From Octopus sinensis (taxonomy: Eukaryota), in NCBI RefSeq assembly GCF_006345805.1, contig NC_043011.1, positions 3,720,001 to 3,784,000 of the forward strand: 64,000 nucleotides of DNA, read 5' to 3'. How positions within the stretch are numbered: position 1 is the stretch's first letter; every line of letters starts with the position of its first letter. The notes beneath the pieces are model-generated. The model ran no database searches. It had not been told where the DNA came from and was given only the letters and a program-made list of their open reading frames with translations. The position numbers and the translations under genes are program-made. This document shows, piece after piece, positions 14,041 to 27,180 of this stretch.

Positions 14041-14295
14041 TGCGTGTGTGTGTGCGTGTGTGTGCGTGTGTGTGCGTGTGTGTGTGTGTGTGCATGTGTG
14101 TGTGTGCGTATGTGTGCGTGCGTGTGTGTGCGTGTGTGTGTGTGCGTGTGTGTGTGTGCACGCACGTGTGTGTGTGTGTGCGTGTGTGTGTGCGTGTGTG
14201 TGTGTGTGTGCATGTGTGTGTGTGCGTGTGTGTGTGTGTGTGCGTGCACATGTGTCTGTGTGTGTGCGCACGCACATGTGTGTGTGTGTGTGCAT
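14009..14295. repeat. Compound (GT)n/(GC) alternating purine-pyrimidine tract
   Basis: Direct reading. Confidence 0.9.
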
Positions 14296-14309
14296 ACATG
14301 CATACTAAT

Positions 14310-15925
14310 CAAGACTTTGTACATCACTTTTCTTGTCAGGTGTAATAAGGAGCAAATTGAGTTAGATAGTACTACCAAAAACTATCTTTGTGGGTGATGG
14401 TTTTGTCTGTGTTACTCTTCATCCACTCATTAAACTCACCATCACAAAACATTGTGACCATAGAAACGGATCCAGAAGTATCTCCCATCTTTTCTTTATT
14501 GATGACCTGAAACTATATGGGTCAAATATTGACCTCATAAAACAAAATGAACCTCCATGGACCTCCTAACCCAATTTTCTACAGGTACTGGAATGAAATT
14601 TGATGAGTCCAAAAAATGCATTTTGACAATAAAACTTGAAAAACTCATTCCTTCCTCCGAAAACCTAAGAATGAACAGCTTGACAGTAAAGCCTCAGCAG
14701 TCAGGTCACAATTATAGGTATCTTGGACAGGATGCGAATGTCAGATATGATGGACCAATTAATAAGGAGAGGTCCAGAAATGAATACCTCAGAAAAGTAA
14801 AGAGAATACGGTCATCAAAACTCTCAGCTTACAACAAGCATGTTGCCCGCAACATCTTTGCAGTGCCTGTCCTCGCACCTACATTTGGCCTTCTGAACTG
14901 GTCACTGCAAGAACTCAATGAGATATGTGTTTGAACTTGCAAGCTGCTCAGTCTTATAGGAAACTGCAACCTCAGTGGAGATGTAGACAGGTTATATTTC
15001 CCATGCAAGGATGATGGTTGTGGTCTCAAATTTGTATTGATGTCATATGAAGCACGGATTGTGACAATGAAACAACACCTGCAGCAGAGGAAAGAGACCA
15101 GTAACTGACCTTGCCCAAGTTTGTGACCACGAAACCAACAACATGATTAGGATAGCTAATGAACTTCAGAAGAAGTAGGAAATAAGAACTGTTATCCCCA
15201 AGGAGCATTAGTAAAATCTATCAGAAAAGAATTTTAAAGAAGACATTGCATGGGTACATAAGACACAAACCAAAGAAGGGATTGATTAAGTCAAAAGCTG
15301 ACAAGTTTATGACACTCCACTTCAAAGACTATCTCCATGCAACTCAAGAACAAGAGTTCTCCACCAAGTACCTACAGAATAAAAGGCAGAAAATGTCAAC
15401 AGACAACTAAATAAGCTGTACAAGACCAAGACTGGAGACATCAATCACATTATTGCCAACTGCAAGAGAATGCCTTCCAGGATAGAATAAAGAAAACACC
15501 TACACCAAAGCTGACTATTTTGAAACTTACTGATCAAAAGAATATTGGTGGACCTTAAAAATTGAAATAACTACCAAGTTAAAGTACAACCAACCAGATA
15601 TTGTTGTGTAGGACCATAAAGAAAAGATACGTTCTGTGATGGAAATCAGCTGACCTCTGGACACCAATGTGGTCAGAAAAATACAAGCAAAAGAGGACAT
15701 CTATGGACCATTGAAAAGGTGTTTGCAAATCCAGCAAACAAGATACACTTTCATCATCATACTCATTATTATTATTGGAGCAACAGAATATCAACCATCT
15801 GGAGCAAAGTAAGGCTGAACTTTGGATCTTGGGGAGAGAACACACAGCCTTAATTCACGGGCTACAAATCATCGTGATATCGGGGAGTATAAAAATCTGC
15901 AATACCTTTAGATTTAAAGAATGAT
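14310..15925 (+). mobile_element. R4/Dong-like RLE non-LTR retrotransposon 3' part (RT, CCHC knuckle, PD-(D/E)xK nuclease), pseudogenised
   Basis: Degenerate GDxLSVLLFI, SHL-FIDDLKLYG, YRYLG, IFAVPVLAPTFG, DINHIIANCK, PDIVV*D..EIS*PLDTNV..K...Y. Confidence 0.75.
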
Positions 15926-16322
15926 GGTTAAAGCAAAATACTTTCCTTTACAACATTGCCACTATGTAAGTGACTGTTCAAAATTTATTCTAAGTTAAAA
16001 AAAAGAAGCAGAATATATATACATTACTTACATACATTGCATACGTACATTGCATGCGTACATACACACATGCATTTACACACACACACATACATACATA
16101 CATACATACATGCATACATAGAGACGTATGCACATACATACATACATACATGCTGAGTTTTCTAGGTCAGTGAATCATTTGCAAGCAACATCACCTCTAT
16201 GAACAGTATTATCTTTATTTACAGTCAACAAATACATGTGAACTCAAGAGGAAATATGAATTCACTCACACAAACACACAAACACACACAGACACACACA
16301 CACACTCTCTCTCTCTCTCTCC

Positions 16323-16403
<81 letters not shown>

Positions 16404-16470
16404 GCTATCTATCTATCTATCTATCTATCTATCTCTCTTTCTCTCCATCTATCTATCTATCTATCTATCT
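16323..16470. repeat. (ATCT)n microsatellite
   Basis: Direct reading. Confidence 0.95.
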
Positions 16471-16639
16471 CACACACGCGTACATATACTTATAGTACAG
16501 GCTTCTTCAGCTGCTGTCAACTGATTTCACTCTCAAGATATCGGTCGATGTGTTGCTATAGTATAGAATTCCCAACTGCATGGCTTCAAAGTGAACTTCT
16601 AAACCACACAGCCATGCTTATACTTATATGTGTGTGTGT

Positions 16640-17545
16640 AACGTTCTGAGTGCAAATTCCACCAAGGTCAACTTTGCATTTCATCCTCTCACGATGAATG
16701 GGGGCTGGTGCAATCAACTAGTCTCCTCCCGGGAGACTAGCCCCTGTAGTGTTTCAGGCCTTATACCTAGAGTAGAAAGAGTTATTATAACAATAATTAT
16801 TATTATTACCATTATTATTATTACTGAGTGAGAGAGTAGTGTATGTCATCAAAGTGACACTGGGGTATCAATATACAAAGCCCAATATATTCATCATGAC
16901 TACCCATCTGATTAGGGTACACCAGGCACATGCATTACAACCATATGTATGCATCATGGTGATCTTATACCAAGATAAACAGCACATGATTTTGCAGGTG
17001 GGGCCAGTTAGAATTTTCTTCAGGCCCATCCCACTCAAAATGTCCCTGAATAAGGGTTGTTTAAGGATGACAAACAAAGCACCCATGTTTCCAAAAGTGA
17101 ATCATTCAAACCCTGAAAAATTCTTCTCAACACATGGCTATGATGCTCTCCCACTACTCGACTGGTACTTATTTTATCGACCCCAAATGGATCAAAAGCA
17201 AAGTTGACCTTGCTTTTCATCCATTTGGGGGTAATGAACTGCATACCAGTTGCTTACTGGGGATCAATGAAATCAATTAGCCCCCATCCTAAAAGCTACA
17301 AGCCTAGAAAGGATTATTATTATTAAGGTAGCAAAACTGGCACATCAGACAAAATGCTCTGCGTTATTTGTTCCAGCTCTTTACGTTCTGAGTTCACTAT
17401 CCATTAAAGTCAACTTTGTCTTCCATCGTTTTAGGGTTGATAAAATAAAGTACCAGTCAAGTACTCGAAGTTGATGTAATTGACTAACCCCAATCTCCTA
17501 AAATTGCTGGCCTTGTGCCAAAATTTGAAACAATATTATTTTTGT
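16640..17545. mobile_element. Cluster of degenerate SINE family B fragments
   Basis: Repeated variants of CTGAGTTCAAATTCC..AGGTCAACTTTGCCTTTCATCC..GATAAAATAAGTACCAG in both orientations. Confidence 0.6.
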
Positions 17546-17809
17546 TGTTGTTGTTGTTGGCAAGGACAATAAGTGTAAGAAGCAATAGATAAATAGATTA
17601 AATCTGTTCTGATTTTTCATTACTTCTCCTTACAATCTAAGTTATAATTCTGAAATCAGCTTACATCTTCCAGTAGCAGTTGCTGTTGTAAAACCCTAGG
17701 TCAGTCATGATCCAGCAGCCATATGGGATGTGAGTAATCAATTGAATTAGAAGACAACCCACAGTTCTGTCTTTCTAGTTTTCCATGTTTCCATCTACCT
17801 AAGAACCAT

Positions 17810-18160
17810 GCAGCACGCTTTAATATGCATCAGTGAATCTTACGAGAGGCAAGTCTGCCATTCGGCACTTGGATTCTCTTCACAGTCCAATCTATTTCTC
17901 AGTGATGGTCACAGCAGAGACAGACTGGGTACTTTTGATCAATATGCAACATTTTCTTTCTTCTACATTTGTTTATTTGTACTGTGTCCCCAGCACAGCG
18001 AGACGATAGATACAGCAGCAGTTTTTGTATGTATATGTCCCAAATTCCTAATATGTCTATGCAGGAGGGTGAGTTTTTTAGGATCTTGTAGAAGTGCTCA
18101 AGGGTATTGTATATGTCAGTGGGGTTCGAAGATAGTCTTTTTTGTATTGTTACAGGATTG
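17810..18160 (-). mobile_element. Possible old RTE C-terminal fragment
   Basis: Weak frameshifted similarity only (KVPSLSLL..LRNRL, R..LPLVRFTD). Confidence 0.3.
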
Positions 18161-18172
18161 TAGAGATTGAAG

Positions 18173-18810
18173 GTTAAGTTAAGTTAAGTTAATTTTTTGG
18201 CTCAAAAAGCAAAAAGCAAGGTCATGTAGGGGGACATGGAGTTATGTACAGGGTGGTGTTCATGTAAAGAGTTCAGGCCATTTGTGGTCAAGGGAGACTT
18301 TGAACCGAGCGATCGTCGGCATCTTCACTATCTCGTCCGGCTGATTATTCCACGGATCCGCAACCCGGACGGAGAAACCCCTCTCCTTCGATTGAGATGA
18401 AATCATCGCAGATAGAGCTTTTGGAGTGACCCCGCAGCCGACGCCCTGGAGTAGGAGTGAAGAACAGCTCTTTCGAGAGGTTACACTTTCCGCTTATGAT
18501 GTTGTGAGCAAGAATGAGATCACCACGGCGGCGGTGTTTTTCTAGAGAATAAAGGCCAAGCGTCTTCAGCCTTTCTTCATAAGACAAATGCTTGAGACCA
18601 AGAACCATGCGGGTAGCCAGCTTCTGGACTCTTTCAAGATGCTGTATGTCTTTGAGGAGATAAGGAGAAGAGGCTTGAATCCCGTACTCCAATATGGGTC
18701 TCACCAGCATGACATAGAGCGGTAGGAATATGGCTGCTGTGAGCATTCCGAATGACCGTCGAATCAAAAGGTCGATCTTACATTAGCAGTTTTGTGTGCT
18801 TGCTTTGCGT
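18173..18810 (-). mobile_element. 5'-truncated CR1-type LINE (C-terminal region of RT ORF) with (TAACT)n tail
   Basis: ORF 18345-18767: LYVMLVRPILEYG..SPYLLKDIQHLERVQKLATRMV.GLKHLSYEERL..LGLYSLE.RRRRGDLI. Confidence 0.9.
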
Positions 18811-19614
18811 ATCTTGTTTGTTTTGTAGTTTATTGTGGCTGGGTGGGAAGAGTTTAATGGAATGGGTAGGACTGTTATAGTTCTTGATTATTTAATGCAT
18901 TGTGTGCATGTCATTGTTGTAGTTCCTTCCTAGAGGCAAAATGTAGTTCATGACCACATCAAAAGGGTTTATAATTGATTCAGACAATTAGAGCTCAGAC
19001 CAATCCAAATATCTAAAATCCAATGTCAAATAATGGGAGACAGAATCCAAGTAAACAAGAGCTGGCTTAAGACAAGATTTTAGTTGAGCTAATGAAAGTA
19101 AGTGAAATAAAAGATGAACAGGCAGTTGTTAATGGCATCAATGCATTTAATAATTAGTTATACAGAAGTTAGTATAAATATAACTAAGCAGAAAATCAAG
19201 AAAATCAGGGAAGTGAAAGCTCATGGAAGTTCTTTATTGATAGTTGGATACCTGGAAAGTTCATACTCTAGCATCATAGATAAAAGAGAGGAGAGTCCAA
19301 ATTGTCTTTCTAAGAGTTCTTCATAGATTAGGAGACATCTGGAGCGGTCATACTCCAACATTTCAACATTACAGACACAAGAGAGAGGAGAATACATATT
19401 CTCTTTCTTGTTTGTGATGTAAAACTTTTTGTGATATAAAACTTTTTGGATATCTATCTATATATGAAGAACTATGAATTATCACTTCCCTGATATTCCT
19501 GTTTTGCTGCTAAAACTTATTTGTTGCTAATTTCTTTATATCTAATTTTCAAATGGTTTGATTCTGTAAACTAGCACCTGTCCATCTTTTATTATGTGAT
19601 ATGTACATATCTCT

Positions 19615-20015
19615 TTTATTCTTTTATTCTTTTACTTGTTTCAGTCATTTGACTGCGGCCATGCTGGAGCACTGCCTTTAGTCGAGCAAATCGACCCTAG
19701 GACTTATTCTTTGTAAGCCCAGTACTTATTCTATCGGTCTCTTTTGCTGAACCGCTAAGTGACGGGGGCATAAACACACCAGCATCGGTTGTCAAGCAAT
19801 GCTAGGGGGACAAACATATACACACATACTTATATATATATATACATATATACGACAGGCTTCTTTCAGTTTCCGTCTACCAAATCCACTCGCAAGGCAT
19901 TGGTAAGCCCGGGGCTATAGCAGAAGACGCTTACCCAAGATGCCACACAGTGCGACTGAACCCGGAACCATGTGGTTGGTTAGCAAGCTACTTACCACAC
20001 AGCCACTCCTGCGCC
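19615..20015 (-). mobile_element. SINE family A full copy
   Basis: Complete head, microsatellite and body, as at 1445-1840. Confidence 0.85.
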
Positions 20016-20049
20016 TATGATTAATATTGTTGCATGTAATGCCAAGTCC

Positions 20050-22490
20050 TTTTTTTATGTGTGCATCATATTGTTATATTGTTGAGTTTTCGGTTCGGTT
20101 ATATTTGTTACGTTTTGGTCCCACTTGTAATAAAGGAGGTAGTAGATTTAGTGTGTGCTACTTTAAATCTGATATTGTGGAACCAAGTTTCTCTGTGATT
20201 TAATTAGGGCTGGACTAGTTGTGCAACAGTGAGTAGGGAATGGAGAGAAGATATGAGGGTGATGTCATCTGCTTATCAGGATCACTGAATATGTTGTAGA
20301 TATTTGTAAAGTTTTTGTAGACACAGGTTGAAAAATGCAGATGATAGGAAGGATCATTGTGGTATTCCATATCGAAAATTGCAGGTTCTAGAAATGTTGT
20401 TCACAAATAGACTTGGCAGCCAGACAAATATTTTAACAGTCACTATTTTGTGTTGTTTCTTTAGGTGGTGATGAGAATTGTTTATGAGTTGATAATGAGG
20501 AACAAAGTCAGAAGCTTTGCCAATATCAACGGTAGTTAGAATGGTACATGTAAGAAGATTTTTATTGTGAAACAATCATCTACTTTCTGTGATAGATTTG
20601 TGAGTAGCGTAGTGGTTAAATGTATTAAGTCTGAATAAATTCTGTGATTCTGAAGCAAAGAATGTGCTAGTGTCTTTCCAGAATTATTAGATTGATATAT
20701 TTACATGATGTTGCTTTACTCGGGTGAAGCTATACAATTGTTGCAATTTACCCAGCTTCTAAAAAACATGTGGCTTAGTGGTTAGGGTATTCAACTCACA
20801 ATTGAAAGGTCATGAGTTCAATTCCTGGCAATGTGCTGTGTCCTGGAGCAAGATATATTTCACATTGCTCTAGTCCACTCAGCTGGCAAAAATGAGTTGT
20901 ACATGTATTTCAAAGGGTCAGCCTTGTCACATTCTGTCATGCTGAATCTCCCTGAGAACCACATTAAGAGAACAGGTGTCTGTGGAGTGCTCAGCCACTT
21001 GCACATTAATTTCACGAGCAGGCTGTTCCATTGATTGGACCAACTAGAATCCTCGTTGTTGCAACCAATGGAGTGATAGAAAAGATTGTGAGTATTTGAC
21101 AACGTTGACACTTGTAGCTGCTAATGTAATGTTAGTAAGAGTAATGATTCATTTGGTCAGACTGAATAGTTTTAGTTGTTTTAGATATATTTTTATGATT
21201 TTCTCTGACCCAAAGGTTTTTGAGTTTTTAAACATCCTTATTCATTTGTGTGTCTATGTGTATGTGTGCTTGTGTGTGTGTGTGTGTGTGTGTGTGTGGT
21301 GAAGTTTTTGATTTTTTTTTTGCTTTATAACGGCTGACTTTTGAGAAGTGTTTAATAAGGATGTTTGCTTAACTTATTTGACTTTATTGGGACATAGGGA
21401 TGTGCATGAACAATTGTTGCTGTCGATGATGATGATGATAATAATGATGATGATGATGATGATGATGACGATGACAATGATTACATTATATAATGTTTTT
21501 CTCTTAGTTTTGTGGCTTATATTGGACATAATTTTGTTGTTTTAAGGTTTTGTTTCTATTGTCATTATTTCATTGTTTAATTGTTTGAATACTGAGTTTT
21601 ATTCTTGTAGTTTGGTTTTCGTGCATTGTGTTTGCAGATTTGTCTGTTTTTATGAGGCTGACTATTTCTGGCGAAATTAGTCTGTAGTTGTTGTTTTTTT
21701 TATTTATATTGCTTTGTGGGATATATTTTTCGAGTGTGTTTCTCATTAGTTTGATTGTGTGTACAACAGTGTTAATTACTATAATTGTGGTCTTAGGAAT
21801 TCTGAAAACCCAGATTTCGTTTCTTAGTACAACACACCACTGTGCCTTCTAAGAGCTTGTAAAAGTGGTTTTGCTGTTTTCGTTAATGTGTCAACTGTGG
21901 TGATCATTGCTAAATCATATAAGGTAAGTTGAGGAATTATTTGCCAATTTTGAAGAAAGAATTGCTGCAGCTGGCTTAGTGATATATATATATGTGTCTG
22001 TTGATGTGAAATGTTGGGGAGGAGTTGAATTGCAATGATATGATATCACCTCTCTTCTTGTCTATACTATTTCAAAACCAAAAGATGCAGCGTGAAACCT
22101 CCTCTTATGAAGATGATTGTAAAAGCGCTAAAGATCTATAATTGGTGCATAATTTGGTGGAATGGTTGGTGTGAATGGTGGGAATATATATATGTTTATT
22201 ATATTAATGTGCCGTGTATAACTAACTTATATTTTGAAAGTGTCATTTCCAATTAATTTACTCACGTCATTTGTGATATCTGTATACTGAATGTAAGTTT
22301 CGATGTTATAAGACCACCACTGTGGTGAAAATATATATTATTTATGATCTGGGTAAATCTAGAATGGTTGAGAACGTTTCCTAAATTGTTGCAACATGAG
22401 TATTCAAGGTGGTAATTGAATTTTTGAGTTCTATGAAGGTGATTTTATTGATACCAGTGTTGTATTACAGAATTTAAAAAAAAAATTTCA
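20050..22490 (-). mobile_element. Old APE-RT LINE (I/Jockey-like, clade uncertain), interrupted by a SINE and microsatellites
   Basis: Collinear degenerate motifs: LQYNTGINK..ELKN and RGDII (APE), linker, KNSKTFG.EKI, TILTTVDIGKA.D.VP, GIPQ, ADDITLISS (RT). Confidence 0.65.
20765..21075 (+). mobile_element. SINE family D copy inserted in the LINE
   Basis: Shares GGGTCAGCCTTGTCAC...GGAGTGCTCAGCCACTTGCAC with 12828-13207. Confidence 0.75.
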
Positions 22491-22619
22491 TTATGTTTAA
22501 GAAGAATATTTTTTTGAGTCACATTTATTTTTAAGTGCAGCCTGTAGGGAGTTTTAGCATTTTGAAAGAAGGCAATGGTACTTCTTGTTTTTAACATTGC
22601 TATTGTTGTCATCATATCC

Positions 22620-22845
22620 TGAAGGGCAGCAAACCAGCAGAATTGTTACTACACTAGACAAAATGCTTACTGGTATTTCCTCCATCTTTGCATTCTGAGT
22701 TCAGATTCTGCCAAGGATGACTTTGCCTTTCATCCTTTTGGGATTAATAAAATAAGTACCAGTTGAACACTGGGGTCGATGTAATTAACTTAACCCACCC
22801 CCACAACTTCAGGCCTTGTGCCTTTAGTAGAAAGGATTATTTATA
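22620..22845 (+). mobile_element. SINE family B copy
   Basis: CTGAGTTCAGATTCTGCCAAGGATGACTTTGCCTTTCATCC...AAGTACCAGTTGAACACTGGGGTCGATG. Confidence 0.7.
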
Positions 22846-23949
22846 CCTTGTTTTTTTTATGTATTTTCTGGTATTTTTTAAAATTATTTATAAATGTTCT
22901 TTAGTGAAGTTTTAGTGTGTGCCTTGTAAAGTTTATAAAAAAAGAACTTAGCCATGTAAGGAGTTTAGAGCAGCATCAAGAATATATTGTCTGACCAGCA
23001 TTCTAATAATGATCTTCTTGCCTTCTTGTGTGTTATATTCAGTATTAATTGATCTTGTGTATTTAACTATTTTGAAGATGCTTAGGTAATATTGGATGAA
23101 GATATGGCAGCAACTTCTTGCAGGTCAACTGACTGCATAGAGGTACTAGTCCTCATATAAGTTCCAGTCATACCTTCATACACTTCCTTACAATCATACA
23201 CTTCCTTACAACTTTTAACTTATGCCTGTGAATATAGCAAACTGACTTTAGGCTAAAATAAGACTGATCAACATCCAGGATGAATGGAAAATTAAATGTA
23301 AACATAAACTAAATTGCCTATTTAATAAGATGGGATAACGTTTGATTCTTTAGAAAATAAAACCCCAATTTTAAATCAAATAAAATTTAATCATAATACT
23401 TAGATATCATGTATAATCATATTTTATTATTCAGTATAGCTAGAACATATCTATTTATTTATATATAAATGTAAGATAATATTTAATTAATTTCTAATTT
23501 CAGATATTTTAGTTTCTTAATAAAAATTTATAGTATAATATTAAATGATATTATTCTAAATTTTTAATTTTAATTTAGAAACTCAAGTTTACGAATAACA
23601 TCAATTTTAAGAATAATAGTATAATCAATATATATTAATTGTATTATAATTATAAAAATAATAAAAAATTAGATTTCTACTGATTTTTACTAATTTTTAC
23701 TGACTTTTACTTATTTCACAATATTTTTAAATATTTAAAAATTATATGTTGAGTAATTTAGTTTACCTATTTACCGATCTAGAAATTTATTATTTATCAA
23801 AGTTAACATATAAATAAAATTAATTAAGCAGAAAAAAAAGACTATTCCTATCATGCACTCACTTCTGGCTTCTCCTGATTTGTTATTATTATTATAAATA
23901 ATAGAAAATACCATTTAAGAACTTTTAAATGTTAATAAGAATTATATCC

Positions 23950-24702
23950 CCTACAAAGTAGCTCTCAATGTTGCCTTTTTCTCCATTCTTTGTTCTACTG
24001 AGGTGTTCTGGGAACATTAATAGAAGGGGAAAATTGGGAAATTAGGATTAAGTTTTCTAGCACACCTTTCTATGTGTTCACTAACCTGTATCTCTTTGTA
24101 TTGTGGGTGGCGGATTTGTTGTTTGTGGAGAGTGGTTCTTTGACGAAGTGATATTCCTGTTTGGCCAATATAATTATGACCACACCCTAAGCATGTAATG
24201 GCATAGATAAGATTTTCTGAGGCACAGGTGAAATTTGATTTGATCTTAAATATTTCACAATTCTGAACCCTCCAAAAGGTGGGGGCATGTACCACAGTTA
24301 GGGCGACCACAATTTTTCACTTTTGGTTCTGTTGTTAATGGATATAATCTTGCATTGGTTAATATTTTTTCCATTGATTTGGATTGCATTTTGCTCTTGA
24401 TAATTTTGTGTGAGCCTAAAATTTTGCTCATTGTTTTATCTCCTGTAAGGATGGGAAGATTTTGAATGATAATGTTAAAGGCTTCGTTGTTCCTAGGGTT
24501 GTATGTGGAGATGTATGGGAATATTTTAAAGTCTGGTTTAGTACTTCGGTTGACTTCCCTTAATGTTTATATATCTATTTCCATAGCTCGTTTAATGCCA
24601 TCATTTATTAATGATATTGGGTAATGTCTTCTGATTAGTATTGATCTGAGTTCAAGGAGTTTTCGTTCACGATTATAGGTGTCCGAAACTATGGCACAGA
24701 TT

Positions 24703-24703
<1 letters not shown>
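23950..24703 (-). mobile_element. Penelope-like element fragment: RT thumb/linker and C-terminal GIY-YIG endonuclease
   Basis: RICAIVSD...YPISLINDGIKRA, PYISTYNP, NFTCASENLIYAITCLGCGHNYIGQTG.SLRQR..LH..QI..P...VSEHI..C, FPFY; 5' end abuts (TA)n. Confidence 0.88.
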
Positions 24704-24764
<61 letters not shown>

Positions 24765-25020
24765 TTGTATGTATAAATATATATGTGTGTGTATAAATAT
24801 ATATGTAAATATGTTTATATATGTACGTATGTATATGTATGCATGTATGTATATGTATATATATGTATGTATATATATATATGTATGTATGTGCATATAT
24901 ATATATACAAACTATCTAAGAATCCATAAAACAGAAAAAATATGCACTCATATATTCATATATTTGTCAATAGAGTGGGTATATTAATTGAAGCATATTG
25001 TATTATATATCCATTACACC

Positions 25021-25185
25021 TGATGTTACCAATCACTTTTGAACTAGGGGTCCAATGGAATGTTGCATAACAGCCTGATTATGTAAACCAGCCATCCCTG
25101 AAGAGCACAAGGTTACATTTTACATAATCAGGTTGTTACCTAAGACTCTGTTGAACCCCTAGTGTGAAACTGATTGGTAAGATCA
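25021..25185 (+). ncRNA. HHR-like fold (25094-25185) preceded by an inverted partial copy
   Basis: CTGAAGA 25098-25104, stem II GCAC/GTGT, GAAAC 25166-70, TGATTG, GTA 25177-79; three inverted segments in 25021-25090. Confidence 0.55.
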
Positions 25186-25200
25186 AGTGAAATAGATATA

Positions 25201-25257
<57 letters not shown>

Positions 25258-25279
25258 ATGTATACATATACATATATTA

Positions 25280-25640
25280 CTTTTTGTTACTCTTTTCTTT
25301 GTTAGTCATTTGACTGCAGCCATGCTGGAGCACTACCTTTAGTCGAATAAATTGACCCCAGGACTTATTCTTTGTAAGACTAGTACTTATTCTATCAGAA
25401 TCTTTTTGCCGAACCACTAAACACACCAACATCGGTTGTCAAGCAATGGTGGTGGGGGCTAAAACACATACAAACAACAAATATATACATACATATATAT
25501 ATATACGACGGGCTTCTTTCAGTTTCCGTCTACCAAATCCACTCACAAGGCTTTGGTTGGCCCGAGGCTATAGCAGAAGACTGCACCCAGAACCATGAAT
25601 TTGGTTAGCAAGCTTCTTACCACACAGCCACTCCTGCATC
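25280..25640 (-). mobile_element. SINE family A copy with internal deletions
   Basis: Family body and head motifs. Confidence 0.75.
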
Positions 25641-27180
25641 TATATATCTACATATATATTTTATGCATATGAAATTTAATAGGATGTTGATTTGGTTTCA
25701 CATTACTACAAGGAGCAGAACACACCCACAACATCAGATGTTTGGAGTCTGAGTGGAATTTAAATGGAATTTAAATGGAATTTAAGATATGTTCTAGCTG
25801 AGAGCAATTAAGTCCTCGTCTCAGTGTCAGTCTGTTCTGTGTGGAGCATGCAGTGAAAAACCTGAAGTCACTGAAATGTCACAGACTATGCCAACTAAAC
25901 TGTTGCCCACATTTTGCCTGCTCTTTTACATGGAACATGCAAGAAAAGAACTGATGTCCCTAAGATAATTTAAACTCTCACATGACCTGAACTGACCAAT
26001 GGAAGTACAAATACTTTCACCTAGAATGCATTTTTAATTTCTTTTATATTCCCAGTCTAACTCCAAATATCTGGTGATGTAGACATGTTTTGTCCCCACA
26101 AAATTATGAGGAGCTGAGCCAATGAGTCGTTAAATACATACGACCTTAATTAGATATATAGAATGCTAGTCTCTTTCATTTATTCTCCCTTCTGTATGTG
26201 TGTGTGTGTGTGCGTGTGTGTGTGTATGTGTGTGTGCGTGTGTGTGTGTGTGTGTGTGCACATACATAAAGGAACGGAGAAATACACAGATTTACAGAGA
26301 GTGAAATGAATCATACATATTGTAAAATTCAAAATACTTCGTAATTGAAAACCTATCAGATTTATGGGACATGTGATCCCTGAAGAGCACAAGGTTACAT
26401 TTTACATAATCAGGTTGTTACCTAAGACTCTGTTTACACACACACACACACACACGCACACATACACACAGACATGACATACTTTTAGTGATTTTAATAT
26501 CAGAATATTCTTCAACTCTCCATTTCTGTTTCACTTTAATTCTTCTCTCATAGACACAATGACACACACATACACACACTCACGCACACATACACACACT
26601 CACACACACATACACATTTTCTCACTAATTTCCTCTAAATGACAATGTATAGCCTGTGTGTGTTGGAACGCAGTAATCACTAAAATAATTCCTTTAAATA
26701 TCATATCTTCAAAAATTTAGAATGTTGTTTCAAGTACAATGGAAAGTGGAACATAATTTATCCTTTGTTTTACATTTTAGATTTGTTTATATTTATGAAA
26801 TATTCAAGTATTGTGTTTTATAAATCATTCTGGTAATAATTTACATATTCATTATATATATGCATATGTATATGTGTGTGTTTATATATTTATATATATA
26901 CTCACACACACACACACACACATACATACACACACATATGTGTGTGTGTATATATATATATGTATATACATATATATAATTCGAATTTACAGAAAACAAA
27001 GGAGGAAGACAGGTGAAGAAACAACAAATAAGTATATTTGTTTGACTCTCAAGAAGACTGGAGAAGTCTCTAACATTTTGAGCCTATGTTTTTGAAAGAA
27101 AGGACGGAGAGGAAAAAAAAAGTGCCCCAGCATGGCCACAGCTCATTAGCTGAAACTGGAAAAATTAAAATCAAATATAT

